A stretch of 64,000 bases of DNA from Acidobacteriota bacterium (GCA_018268895.1 JAFDVP010000009.1:169757-233756); one strand, 5' to 3'. Numbered from the stretch's first letter, positions 1-11,341 are shown. The notes: a model not told the origin generated them from the letters alone. Made by a program: numbers and translations.

Positions 1-1
1 C

Positions 2-151
2 GCGCAACAGTGCCCGCTCACCGGAGCCTGTCTGCTCAAGGGAGCGCTCGACAGCGCCTATGCGGCATTCCTTGACACCCTCGACAACTACACGCTCGCC
101 GAAGTCGCACGCACACCGCGGCTACAGAAGCTCGTCACGCTGAAGCTCTAG
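2..151 (+). CDS. Rrf2-family transcriptional regulator, C-terminal fragment (truncated by window edge)
   Basis: Frame 2 reads AQQCPLTGACLLKGALDSAYAAFLDTLDNYTLAEVARTPRLQKLVTLKL*, matching the Rrf2/NsrR C-terminal pattern CxLxxxCxLxxxLxxAxxAFxxxLdxyTL. Confidence 0.8.
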   Translation, partial: AQQCPLTGACLLKGALDSAYAAFLDTLDNYTLAEVARTPRLQKLVTLKL

Positions 152-215
152 CCGTACCTTCATGCAGGAGACTCAACCCGAACGCTCTTCGCGAAAAGAC
201 GCTCTCATCGGAACA

Positions 216-278
216 AGGTGTTCCTGAGCGGAGCGCAGCGGAGAGCCTGCCCTGAGCGAAGTCGAATGGGAAGGACCT
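216..278. repeat. REP-like palindromic repeat with a nested second unit
   Basis: AGGTGTTCCTGAGCGGAGCGCAGCGGA[GAGCCTGCCCTGAGCGAAGTCGAATGG]GAAGGACCT has complementary ends and two CCTGAGCG cores. It lies between convergent genes. Confidence 0.65.
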
Positions 279-310
279 GTATTTCGCCCGTTACGCTACG
301 AATACACGCA

Positions 311-742
311 CTACGCCTTCGTCCCGCAGGCCTCGCACTGGCACACGCGCCGCAGGTACTCCCACGAGTAGATGCCTGCCTCGTGCCCGTCCGTCCACTT
401 GAACTTCAGAGCATACTTTCCAACGGGAGTCACCTCTGCGGGACGCACCGGAGGCTCGTACATCGGCAGCAGCGTCTGCGATTTGGGCTTCGCTTCACCG
501 GGCTTGCGCCCGCTGTGCTCGCGCTCTTCGTGGCACGTCGCGCAGGGGCAGGCATCTCTCAGCCAGGCGAACGTCCACGTACTCCGGTGCCCGTCCTTCC
601 AATCGATCTCCATGCCCGTGCCCTCGGTCTTGTGTACGCGCACCTTCGCCGGAGTGACGGCTTGTGCCGGCAGCTTCTTGTCTGCCGTCGCGTCCTGACG
701 CGCCTCTTCCGCGCTTACAATTCGTATTCCTTCATGACTCAT
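311..742 (-). CDS. DUF971 / gamma-butyrobetaine hydroxylase N-terminal-like metal-binding protein
   Basis: Motifs I-x-W-x-DGH-x-S, WLRDACPCATC, and VGKYALKFKWTDGHEAGIYSWEYL. Confidence 0.85.
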   Translation of the reverse strand: MSHEGIRIVSAEEARQDATADKKLPAQAVTPAKVRVHKTEGTGMEIDWKDGHRSTWTFAWLRDACPCATCHEEREHSGRKPGEAKPKSQTLLPMYEPPVRPAEVTPVGKYALKFKWTDGHEAGIYSWEYLRRVCQCEACGTKA

Positions 743-782
743 GTTTCAGCTTCTTTCTTCGTTCTCCGACTGGAAACGATGC

Positions 783-1568
783 TCAGGCCAGTCCATTTCT
801 CCAGAAAAAGTACGCTGCCATTGCGCAGCCTGTAATCACCACAATGGCGCGGAGCACATTGGGGTTCATCCGTCGCGAGTACTGCGCGCCCACGTATCCG
901 CCAGCGCCTGCAAATACCATCGAGATCAGGCAATACCTCCACATAATGGCACCGCTCGCAACGAACGTCAGTACCGCGCAAAAATTTGATGTGCAGGCCG
1001 CCAGCACCTTCAGGGAGTTCAGCGCGTGCATCTCCTCCACGCCAAACAGCGCCAGCGCTGTCATGATCAGGAACCCCGCGCCCGCGCCAAAATATCCGAT
1101 ATAAAAGCACACCGGCAGCAGCGCAAAGAACAGCGGCACGACTGCCGGGCGGTGCGGAACGTGTGGCTCCGCCGAGCGTCGCCGCAGCCAGCGCGACACC
1201 GGCCCGCTCAATCCGAAGAGCAGGGAAGCCACCAGCAGCAGCCACGGCACCAGATGAAGAAAGGTCAGTTGCCGCGTCTTCAGCAGAACAACAGCCCCGC
1301 TCACGCCGCCAGCAACGGAAGCGCTAAGGACCACCGGAAGCAGGTCGCGTCGCAGGTCGTCTCGCAGAGTTGCTACCGAGGTCAACTGCCCCGGCCACAG
1401 CGCGACGGTGTTGGTGGCGTTCGCCTGTATCGGAAGCACGCCGACGCCGAGCATCGCGGGAAACGACAGGAACGATCCGCCTCCTGCCATCGCATTCATC
1501 ACGCCGGCGATCAACGAAGCGGTTACCAGCCAGGCGTACCGCCAATGCGAGATGAATTCGAAGGCCAT
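783..1568 (-). CDS. Sulfite exporter TauE/SafE family membrane protein
   Basis: AGVMNAMAGGGSF and YIGYFGAGAG internal-repeat motifs, ANATNTVA, about 8 hydrophobic segments. Confidence 0.85.
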   Translation of the reverse strand: MAFEFISHWRYAWLVTASLIAGVMNAMAGGGSFLSFPAMLGVGVLPIQANATNTVALWPGQLTSVATLRDDLRRDLLPVVLSASVAGGVSGAVVLLKTRQLTFLHLVPWLLLVASLLFGLSGPVSRWLRRRSAEPHVPHRPAVVPLFFALLPVCFYIGYFGAGAGFLIMTALALFGVEEMHALNSLKVLAACTSNFCAVLTFVASGAIMWRYCLISMVFAGAGGYVGAQYSRRMNPNVLRAIVVITGCAMAAYFFWRNGLA

Positions 1569-1718
1569 TCATCTTCCATTGTATCGACCGCAGGAATCAG
1601 GGATGCTGCTTGGCCGTTCAGGGCAGCGTGAAGCAGCCATGTTAAGGGCACGGCTTCTGCCGTGCCGAAGGAGTTCATTTAAGGATGCGGCTTTGGCCGC
1701 TGGGGGTAAAGCTTTAAT

Positions 1719-2489
1719 CTACGCTGTCCGGATCTCCGGTGTTGCCGCAATCAGCTCCTGCGTGTACGTCTGTTGCGGTTTGCCGCACACGCTCTGGCAC
1801 TCGCCAATCTCCACCAGTCGACCTCTCTGCATGACCGCCACACGGTCGCACAGATACCGTACCAGCGGCATCGAGTGCGAGATAAACAGATACGTCAGTC
1901 CATAGCGCAGTTGAAGCTCGCGCAGCAGATTCACCACCTGCGCTCCCACGCTTACGTCCAGCGCGCTGATGGGCTCGTCCAGCACGATAAACTCCGGCCG
2001 CAGCGCCAGCGCGCGGGCGATGTTGACCCTCTGGCGCTGCCCTCCGCTGAACTCATGGGGATAGCGCTCCAGCGCGCTCTCATCCAGCCCAACCTCGCTC
2101 AGCATCTCGCTCAGCCGTTCCGCAGGGCATCGCTCTCCATGAATTGCGAATGGCTCGGTCAGAATATCTCTCACCCGCATCCGAGGGTTCAGCGCCGCAA
2201 ACGGGTCCTGAAAGACCACCTGCATCCTGCGCCGCAATACCCGCAGTTCACTCGCCGACACCGTCAGAAGATTTCGTCCGTCATAGCGCACCTCGCCGGA
2301 CGTCGGTTCAATCAACCGCAACAGCATGCGCCCCACTGTGCTCTTGCCCGAGCCGGACTCCCCCACCAGGCCCAGCGTCTCTCCGCGCGCAATCGCAAAC
2401 GAGACATTGTCCACGACCCGCGCTCCCGCGTCATACTCCTTAATAAGGCCCTTCGCTTCGACCAGGGGCGAGCCGGATTCATTCGTCAT
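1719..2489 (-). CDS. ABC transporter ATP-binding protein (OppF/DppF-like)
   Basis: Walker [10 protein letters not shown]-loop VFQDP, signature FSGGQRQR, Walker B LDEP, ISH switch. Confidence 0.92.
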   Translation of the reverse strand: MTNESGSPLVEAKGLIKEYDAGARVVDNVSFAIARGETLGLVGESGSGKSTVGRMLLRLIEPTSGEVRYDGRNLLTVSASELRVLRRRMQVVFQDPFAALNPRMRVRDILTEPFAIHGERCPAERLSEMLSEVGLDESALERYPHEFSGGQRQRVNIARALALRPEFIVLDEPISALDVSVGAQVVNLLRELQLRYGLTYLFISHSMPLVRYLCDRVAVMQRGRLVEIGECQSVCGKPQQTYTQELIAATPEIRTA

Positions 2490-2510
2490 AGCCGGATACT
2501 AGCATCTGTT

Positions 2511-4370
2511 TTACCCCAGCTTCGGATGCAGCCGGTGAAACCCTGTCGCCTCCTGATACGCCCGCGCGAACGCCGCCAGCCTCGCATCGGAGTAAAGGCC
2601 GCCCAGGAAGGTAAGCGAGACCGGAGTTCCAGGCCCTCTCGTATTTCTCCGGTCGCCATCGTCCAGATGATCCCCCAGAGGAGCGTCGTCTCCGCGCACC
2701 CCATTTGGCACAATCACTGCCGGATGTCCCGTCAGGTTGGTCGCTGAAAGCTGAGCTCCATCACTTGGGGTTACGATGACGTCCACCTCGCTGAAGAGCT
2801 TCGCCATCGCATCCATCGCCAGTGACCGGGCACGTTGCGCCTGTATATAGTCCACGGCTGAATAGAACCGTGCCCTGCGAAATGAGTTTGGCCAATCGAA
2901 GCTCTCCTGCCCATTCAGCAGGCTGTCGCGCCCGCTCAACGTCAATTCGTCGAACGCGGCGGCGGCTTCCGCGCCAAGAACGGGAGTGATATCGCCGAAG
3001 TGATACCCCTTTGGCATCTTCACTTCAACCAGCTTTACTCCCATCTTCTTCAGGGCTTCCAGCGCAGCCTGCCCATACTTCGCGTCGTATAGCTCTCTGG
3101 CGAAGTCCCTCTTATGTTCTTCCGTGGCATTTGCTTCAAGTACCGGCAGGTCAAACTCGCTCTTGAGGTAGCCCACGCGCAGCTTCTTCCAGTCGAACTC
3201 CGCATCCCAGTTGAAGGCTGCATCCTTGACGCTGCGGTCATGGCCGTCCGGGCCATAGATGGCGTTCATCACAAGAGCGCAATCTTCTACGCTCCGGCAG
3301 ATCGGCCCGATCTTGTCCATCGTCCAGCTCAGCGCCATCGCACCTGTGCGCGGTACAAAACCAAACGTCGGCCGCAGCCCCGTCGTCCCGCACCGCGTGC
3401 TCGGCGACGAGATAGACCCCAGCGTCTCCGTCCCGATCGCAAACCCGACGCATCCCGCGCTTACGGCGCTCGCGCTCCCTGCCGAAGACCCGCTCGACCC
3501 CTGTTTTGGGTTCCACGGGTTCCGTGTCCTGCCTCCAAACCAGAGGTCGCCTTGTGCCAGCGCCCCCATCGTCAGCTTGGCGACGAGCACGGCTCCGGCT
3601 GCATCCAGCCTCTCGACCACGGTCGCGTCGTAATCGAAGCTCTGCTTCTCGAACCCCGCCGCCCCCCAGGTCGTGGGGTATCCCTTCACCGCCAGCAGGT
3701 CCTTCGCCCCCCACGGAATCCCATGCAGCGGCCCTCTATATTTACCTCCGGCTATCTCCTTGTCAGCCTCAGCCGCCTGTTTCAGGGCGCGCTCCTCGGT
3801 CAGCGTGATCGCAAAGTGCAGTTGGGGATCGTACCTCTTCAAACGAGCGAGATACATCTTCGTCAACTCCAGCGAGCCGACTTTTCTGGTCTTTACAAGC
3901 TCAGCCAGCACTCTCACGGAGCCGAAAGCAAGCCCTGCCTCTCCTCCTGCTACGAGTCCGTTTACTTCTGGCGATTTGCTCATCCGCATCGGCTTGCGTA
4001 CCGTATCCAGCTTCATTCCCGCCGGCACCGGGTCGAAGACGAACGCCGGAGCCACACTGTTCGGGATCTTCATGCTGCGGATCACCAGCACCGAGTCGCG
4101 CTGCTGCCGGAGATCCTCCAGCACCATGGTCTTCTGCTCGGCCGTCAATTTAATAGCTGCAATCGCTGCCGCGGCATCGATCATCTCCGGGGTAATCTTC
4201 GCCAGATGATCGCGATCAACCCCAGCGCCTTCTATATTGGTTGTTGGATTCGACGAAGCCTGCGCCGCCATTCCCCACAAAACGCCTGGTAGTAGAGTCT
4301 GACCCAGCCCCGCAGCAGAACACACGCCAAGAAACCACCGCCGGTTCAACACCATAGACTGTTCGCTCAT
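2511..4370 (-). CDS. Amidase signature family protein with probable Tat signal
   Basis: N-terminal RRWFL; catalytic Lys in GAKDLL; GSSGSSAGS; GTETLGSISSP. Confidence 0.88.
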   Translation of the reverse strand: MSEQSMVLNRRWFLGVCSAAGLGQTLLPGVLWGMAAQASSNPTTNIEGAGVDRDHLAKITPEMIDAAAAIAAIKLTAEQKTMVLEDLRQQRDSVLVIRSMKIPNSVAPAFVFDPVPAGMKLDTVRKPMRMSKSPEVNGLVAGGEAGLAFGSVRVLAELVKTRKVGSLELTKMYLARLKRYDPQLHFAITLTEERALKQAAEADKEIAGGKYRGPLHGIPWGAKDLLAVKGYPTTWGAAGFEKQSFDYDATVVERLDAAGAVLVAKLTMGALAQGDLWFGGRTRNPWNPKQGSSGSSAGSASAVSAGCVGFAIGTETLGSISSPSTRCGTTGLRPTFGFVPRTGAMALSWTMDKIGPICRSVEDCALVMNAIYGPDGHDRSVKDAAFNWDAEFDWKKLRVGYLKSEFDLPVLEANATEEHKRDFARELYDAKYGQAALEALKKMGVKLVEVKMPKGYHFGDITPVLGAEAAAAFDELTLSGRDSLLNGQESFDWPNSFRRARFYSAVDYIQAQRARSLAMDAMAKLFSEVDVIVTPSDGAQLSATNLTGHPAVIVPNGVRGDDAPLGDHLDDGDRRNTRGPGTPVSLTFLGGLYSDARLAAFARAYQEATGFHRLHPKLG

Positions 4371-4527
4371 CCCGGCATTATTGCATCGGTTTGCTTACAA
4401 GCTTTCGCCCTTAAGCGGTTTTGTGACCATTTGCCCTCTCTTCAGAGGGGGTGAACTCAGCTTTGGGTTGAGGTTCCAGTGTGGCTAAATGAGCGCAGAT
4501 CAACCGTTAGCCCGAAAAGAGAAATTC

Positions 4528-4569
4528 ATTTCCCCTGGCAGGGGAAATTAGTTTCCCTGAATTTCCCTG
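4528..4569. promoter_or_regulatory. Putative transcription-factor binding array (inverted plus direct repeats)
   Basis: Perfect 10-bp inverted repeat ATTTCCCCTG-G-CAGGGGAAAT (4528-4548), then TTTCCCTG at 4552 and 4562 (10-bp period). Confidence 0.5.
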
Positions 4570-4650
4570 CTGCCTGCATGGATTTGCACATACGTCTCGG
4601 GGTTATCAGGTAAGTACAAGAAAACACGCACCGTAATTTTATTTGGAGTT

Positions 4651-4666
4651 TGGAGCGCAAGGTGCA
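4651..4666 (+). promoter_or_regulatory. Putative sigma54 (-24/-12) promoter
   Basis: TGGAGCGCAAGGTGCA has GG-N10-GC spacing and matches 9 of 12 defined positions of TGGCACG-N4-TTGCW. It lies about 50 bp upstream of the PEP-CTERM gene start. Confidence 0.4.
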
Positions 4667-4718
4667 TATAGGGAAGGCGTACCGCAAGTTTTGTAGGCCA
4701 AACACTTAAAGGAGTTCT

Positions 4719-5318
4719 ATGCGTCGTCTATCTGTAGTCCTGGCTTTAGCGACCTTGGCGGGAGGGGCACCGGCGCTGCTGGCTGACTCCATCCCGTACG
4801 CGAACGTCGGCACCCCGGCCCCCTCTTCAACCTTGGTTGCACAAAGCACCGGAAGCGTCACAGGATACTTCCTCGGACAAAGTGCCGCCGACAATTCGGT
4901 CGTTCGGATGATTGATGTCACCAGCGGATATACCAGCGTTTATTTATTCCCGAACCACAGCACTGCGGTTGGAGCTTCCGCAGACTTTGGTCCAGTCAAC
5001 GCTGGAGATATCCTGATCTTTGAGTTGTTGGATCTCAGCAGTGGGTTCACGCTTTCTACCGATGCAGCAACCAACATTGACGGAGTCAACCATGGCTACG
5101 CCACCCTCTTCGCTGGCGGTCTGCTCGGAACCGAGACTTATCCGGCGGGGACCTACATCGGAATGGAAGATACTCCGTGGGGCGACTACGACTACAACGA
5201 CAACCAGTTCCTCTTTACCAACGTAGCTCCTGCTCCTGAGCCCGGAACGCTTCTGCTCCTCGGCACCGGAATCCTTGGCGCTGCTGGAACCCTGCGTCGC
5301 AAGATGTTCGCACGCTAA
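4719..5318 (+). CDS. PEP-CTERM sorting domain-containing secreted protein
   Basis: AAAGGAG RBS, Sec signal peptide, C-terminal APEPGTLLLLGTGILGAAGTLRRK, and a GMED...DYDYND motif before the tail. Confidence 0.92.
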   Translation: MRRLSVVLALATLAGGAPALLADSIPYANVGTPAPSSTLVAQSTGSVTGYFLGQSAADNSVVRMIDVTSGYTSVYLFPNHSTAVGASADFGPVNAGDILIFELLDLSSGFTLSTDAATNIDGVNHGYATLFAGGLLGTETYPAGTYIGMEDTPWGDYDYNDNQFLFTNVAPAPEPGTLLLLGTGILGAAGTLRRKMFAR

Positions 5319-5337
5319 CCTGCTTCACTCACCAAAT

Positions 5338-5366
5338 AAATGGCCTGGTCATCGACCGGGCCATTT
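5338..5366. terminator. Intrinsic terminator (probably bidirectional)
   Basis: AAATGGCCTGGTC-ATC-GACCGGGCCATTT hairpin followed by CCTTTT, between convergent genes. Confidence 0.75.
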
Positions 5367-5401
5367 CCTTTTAACCACTTTAGTCTTCAGAGATAGATGC
5401 C

Positions 5402-5426
5402 GTCATTCTGAGCGTAGCGAAGAATC
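5402..5426. repeat. REP-like palindrome
   Basis: GTCATTCTGAGCGTAGCGAAGAATC has the same CTGAGCG..GCGAAG core as the element at 216-278 and lies just downstream of the gyrB stop. Confidence 0.6.
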
Positions 5427-5447
5427 CCAGTATGGCCAGCCCTGCGC

Positions 5448-8171
<2,724 letters not shown>

Positions 8172-8207
8172 TTAAGACTAATTTCAACCGGGATTTTCCG
8201 TAACTTA

Positions 8208-8216
8208 AGTATAACA
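8208..8216 (-). promoter_or_regulatory. Putative extended -10 promoter of gyrB
   Basis: Minus strand reads TGT-TATACT (TGn + TATACT), about 115 bp upstream of the gyrB ATG. Confidence 0.4.
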
Positions 8217-8452
8217 CGCGCAGGGGAGGAAAAGCCGGGTTTGGAGCGCTTCACGAGGGCACGTACCCACCCCGATTCCACCTGGCCCGCAGCTAACTTC
8301 AACACCCGCCTATCTCGTTCTGCGAAAGCAATTTATCAGCCAAAAGCAGGCGTTCCACAGACGCAACTTCACGTCCAACAGGTAACCGAAGGGGTTGCAC
8401 CCAAAGTTGTACTGCCCAATCCCCCGACGATTGCTATTGTCATTCCCCAGAG

Positions 8453-8779
8453 GTGAAACATTTCATGAAACTGAATCGCTTGTTGATGGCATCTGCCCTC
8501 TGTCTTACTTTGTCGGCCTCCTCCTCCGCTTTTGCTTGTGAGCATGGCAATGGATGGCTCTTTTCCTACTTCCACCACTGCGACCGCGACAACGACAACA
8601 ATCGTGATCATGATCGCAACAGTAAACGTCAGTGCGACCAGAACGGCCAGGACTCCGGTCGAGGCAATAACTGTGACCGAGGCAAGGGCAACGGTGGAGG
8701 CTACTGCGGCACCGGCGGCGGAACCTCGACCGGTGGCGGCGGCAATACCGGCGGCGGTGGCACCCCTATCGGTAAGTAG
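8453..8779 (+). CDS. Small secreted Cys/Gly/Asn-rich hypothetical protein
   Basis: Signal peptide ending in AFA; mature part has 5 Cys and a GGGT/GGGG tail; followed by a terminator-like hairpin. Start may be 8453 (GTG) or 8465 (ATG). Confidence 0.6.
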   Translation: MKHFMKLNRLLMASALCLTLSASSSAFACEHGNGWLFSYFHHCDRDNDNNRDHDRNSKRQCDQNGQDSGRGNNCDRGKGNGGGYCGTGGGTSTGGGGNTGGGGTPIGK

Positions 8780-8871
8780 ATCAGTAATAGCCATTAGCCA
8801 AAAAAACGCCAGACAAGCGCCCACTGGCACACCTCTAAATCCCCATCTTCAGGAAAGGTGGGAAACCTTTT

Positions 8872-8907
8872 AGCGGCTCCGGTCCTCACAGGCCGGGGCC
8901 GTTTTGT
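8872..8907 (+). terminator. Intrinsic terminator
   Basis: CGGCTCCGGTC-CTCACA-GGCCGGGGCCG hairpin followed by TTTTGT. Confidence 0.65.
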
Positions 8908-9094
8908 CTTCGCGCTCTCTCGACTCCACATTAAGTGACAGAAAACAAAACATATATGGCTTCTAACAAAGAAGCCCCTACCGAAATATAGGGGGAGGGG
9001 ATGCTTTGATGTCAGGCTCTCGTAGATTTCGGATATACTCGATAGGTTGCCGAAAAAGCAGCAAATCCAGAATCACTAAGTTCTAGGATCACTA

Positions 9095-9292
9095 ATGCCA
9101 AAGTTGAAGACACACTCAGGCGCGGCCAAGCGCTTCAAGAAGACCGGCACGGGCAAGTTCAAGCGCGGCCAGTCCAAGATGCGCCACATCCTCACCTCGA
9201 AGAAGACCAAGACCAAGCGTCACCTGCGCTCGATCACCCTGGTCTCCGAGGCGGATTCGGCCAAGGTCGCCCGCATGATTCCTTACGCCTGA
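9095..9292 (+). CDS. rpmI: 50S ribosomal protein L35
   Basis: [21 protein letters not shown]; ends MIPYA. Confidence 0.98.
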   Translation: MPKLKTHSGAAKRFKKTGTGKFKRGQSKMRHILTSKKTKTKRHLRSITLVSEADSAKVARMIPYA

Positions 9293-9478
9293 GATTTGGG
9301 CGAAGGAATCGAGAGAGTTTTTCAGATCGAGCCGCTGAAATCAGCAAAGGGCCGGTAAAAGCGTAAAGGCCCCTGGAGAATCGCAAGCGAACTCCACCGA
9401 GATCTGAAGTTGCAAAGCGAGTGAAGAGGCCACCTTGCCTCCAGCCGCTAAAACGAAGTACGCAAAAGGAGACGCACC
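9293..9478 (+). ncRNA. Candidate structured cis-regulatory RNA between rpmI and rplT
   Basis: 186-nt spacer with consecutive hairpins (GCTGA/TCAGC, GGGCC/GGCCC, TGGAG/CTCCA) and an alternative pairing CTGGAG/CTCCAG. Confidence 0.35.
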
Positions 9479-9862
9479 ATGCCCCGTGTAAAACGGAGTA
9501 CAAAACGCAGCGACCGCCGCAAAAAGATCCTCAAGCGCGCGAGTGGCTACTTCCTCACAAAGTCCAAGCTCTATCAGGCAGCACAGGAGGCCGTCGAGCG
9601 CTCCCTGATGTTTGCCTACACCGGCCGCAAGCAGAAGAAGCGTCAGTTCCGCTCCCTCTGGATCGTCCGCATCGGCGCTGCCGCCAAGCTGAACGGCATG
9701 AGCTACTCGACCTTCATCGACGGCCTCAAGAAGGCGGGCAACGGTCTCGATCGCAAGATCCTCGCCGACATCGCCGCCAACGACGCAGCCGGCTTCACCG
9801 CGCTCGCCGAGCAGGCCAAGGCCGCTCTCGCAGCCGCGAAGTCCGAGAAGAAGGCCGCCTAA
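9479..9862 (+). CDS. rplT: 50S ribosomal protein L20
   Basis: MPRVKRS...KRASGY...[16 protein letters not shown]...DRKILADIA; GGAG RBS. Confidence 0.98.
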   Translation: MPRVKRSTKRSDRRKKILKRASGYFLTKSKLYQAAQEAVERSLMFAYTGRKQKKRQFRSLWIVRIGAAAKLNGMSYSTFIDGLKKAGNGLDRKILADIAANDAAGFTALAEQAKAALAAAKSEKKAA

Positions 9863-9881
9863 GCCCGAATCGAAGAAATAC

Positions 9882-9917
9882 GAAAAGAGGCACCGCGCCA
9901 AAGCGGTGCCTCTTTTC
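9882..9917. terminator. Bidirectional intrinsic terminator
   Basis: GAAAAGAGGCACCGC-GCCAAA-GCGGTGCCTCTTTTC, a perfect 15-bp stem with T-tracts in both directions. Confidence 0.9.
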
Positions 9918-9957
9918 ATTGCACGAATTATTGCCCGAAAGTCTCTGCGTATCGAAG

Positions 9958-11178
9958 CTAGTGTGTCCGCCGCATTACATCGAAGGTGTCAACCACGGTT
10001 CCGTCGGTTGCTGTTACGGTGACGTGGAGTTTGTCTTTGCTCGCATCGACATGGGCGACCTGGTCCTGGCCCACAACGAGCACGGGGTAGTTGTTGCCTG
10101 CCTCTCCTGCGTTGAAGTGAACGAAGCGGTGATAGTGACCGGCAATGACGAGGTCGACCTTTGCCGCGTTGGCGACTGCGGTCCAGTCGGTGTTATGCCC
10201 GTCGAGCCAGCCCCAGTCCGGCTGGTGCATGAGCACGACCCGGAACGGAGCCGCAGCCAGTTCGGGATCACTCTTTACCTGTTCACGGAACCATTGCAGC
10301 TCCTGTGCCCGATAAGGGGCCTGGCGGTTCAGGCCTGCGTAGACAGGCGTCGCGTCCGGCTTGTCCTCACCGGAGTCCATGATCAATAGATGGACCGGAC
10401 CCGTGCTGCGCGCATAGAAGTAGCGGCCCTCGCCGGCTGGAGTCAGGTAGTTCGCCATGCTTCGCGCAAAGGGCCCGCGCCACTCATGGTTGCCACGGGC
10501 TATCAGCAGAGGCTTGCCGTTCAGAGCTTTGCCGAGAGGGTCCAACCAGTGATCGAAGACCTGGTCTTCGTCGGTTGCATAATCCAGGCCGTCGCCGAGA
10601 TGGACGAGAAAGTCGGTTGAGGACCACGGGATGCTGCTCATCAGGGAGCTGATCCGTGGCAGGCTCTCATGGGTGTCTGTAATCAGGCTGAAGGAGATGT
10701 CCTGTCCGCTGGGGGGAAGCGTGGTCAGACTGTAGACGGCGCTTTGTGTGGGGGTTCCATCCACCGGCCAGTAAGGCTTCAATCGAACGACGGGGGTGGC
10801 CACAATGCGGTACTGGTATCGCTGCCCGGCCTTGAGTCCGGTGAGCTCGATGCGGTGCAGGGTGGTCACCGGCAGTTGGCCGAATTGATTGGCCTCTGCG
10901 GTCTGCTGGAAGTTGCCAGGACCGTATTCGATGCGCGTGATCGCAGGGACGTTCGTCGTCCACTCGATGGTGGCCGAAGTCTGGGAGGCGGCAACGGCGA
11001 TGGGGCCATGCACGATGACAGCGTTGGCTTCCACCACAGGCGCTGGACGGTTGGCAGCATCGTTGGCTGCCGGTGCGGGGTGGTTTGCGAGCGAGGGCCT
11101 GTGTGGCGTGACTTGAGCTGCGACCGAGCAGGTGGCGGTCGTGACAACAGCCAGAACCATACCAAGACGATGAAGCAT
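9958..11178 (-). CDS. Secreted metallophosphoesterase (purple acid phosphatase-like, FN3-type N-domain)
   Basis: Signal peptide; W-x-T and H-x-x-x-LTGL N-domain; calcineurin-like motifs DTH, GD, GNHE, GHYH. Confidence 0.85.
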   Translation of the reverse strand: MLHRLGMVLAVVTTATCSVAAQVTPHRPSLANHPAPAANDAANRPAPVVEANAVIVHGPIAVAASQTSATIEWTTNVPAITRIEYGPGNFQQTAEANQFGQLPVTTLHRIELTGLKAGQRYQYRIVATPVVRLKPYWPVDGTPTQSAVYSLTTLPPSGQDISFSLITDTHESLPRISSLMSSIPWSSTDFLVHLGDGLDYATDEDQVFDHWLDPLGKALNGKPLLIARGNHEWRGPFARSMANYLTPAGEGRYFYARSTGPVHLLIMDSGEDKPDATPVYAGLNRQAPYRAQELQWFREQVKSDPELAAAPFRVVLMHQPDWGWLDGHNTDWTAVANAAKVDLVIAGHYHRFVHFNAGEAGNNYPVLVVGQDQVAHVDASKDKLHVTVTATDGTVVDTFDVMRRTH

Positions 11179-11341
11179 TGTCTGTCTCCGTGGGTATTTC
11201 GAAATGTTGCTTTGTCTTATTAATTACCACTATCGGAGAGAGAATAAATTTATTTAAGTAAGGAAAGAGAATGCCTTCAGGAGGGGAAGGGGTCCCTTAC
11301 CCCATCTGCCGCCGTCGTATGCTAAGGAGGGAATTCGATTT

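Noticed and set aside
218-835. ORFs reading through REP elements (218-835, 5380-5613, 57931-58386)
   Set aside because: They contain repeat-derived translations (ACPERSR, FATLRMT, GTASAVP) and overlap real genes on the opposite strand.
2511-4370. Amidase as gatA
   Set aside because: It has a Tat-like signal and N-terminal extension, and gatB/gatC are not adjacent.
8369-8830. Hydrophobic 153-aa minus-strand ORF
   Set aside because: Antisense shadow of the Gly/Asn-rich plus-strand gene, which has a better signal peptide and its own terminator.
9400-9455. c-di-GMP-I riboswitch resemblance (GCAAA...GCCTCC)
   Set aside because: Lacks the GNRA tetraloop/receptor and GACGCAAA core, and the gene context (rplT) is implausible.
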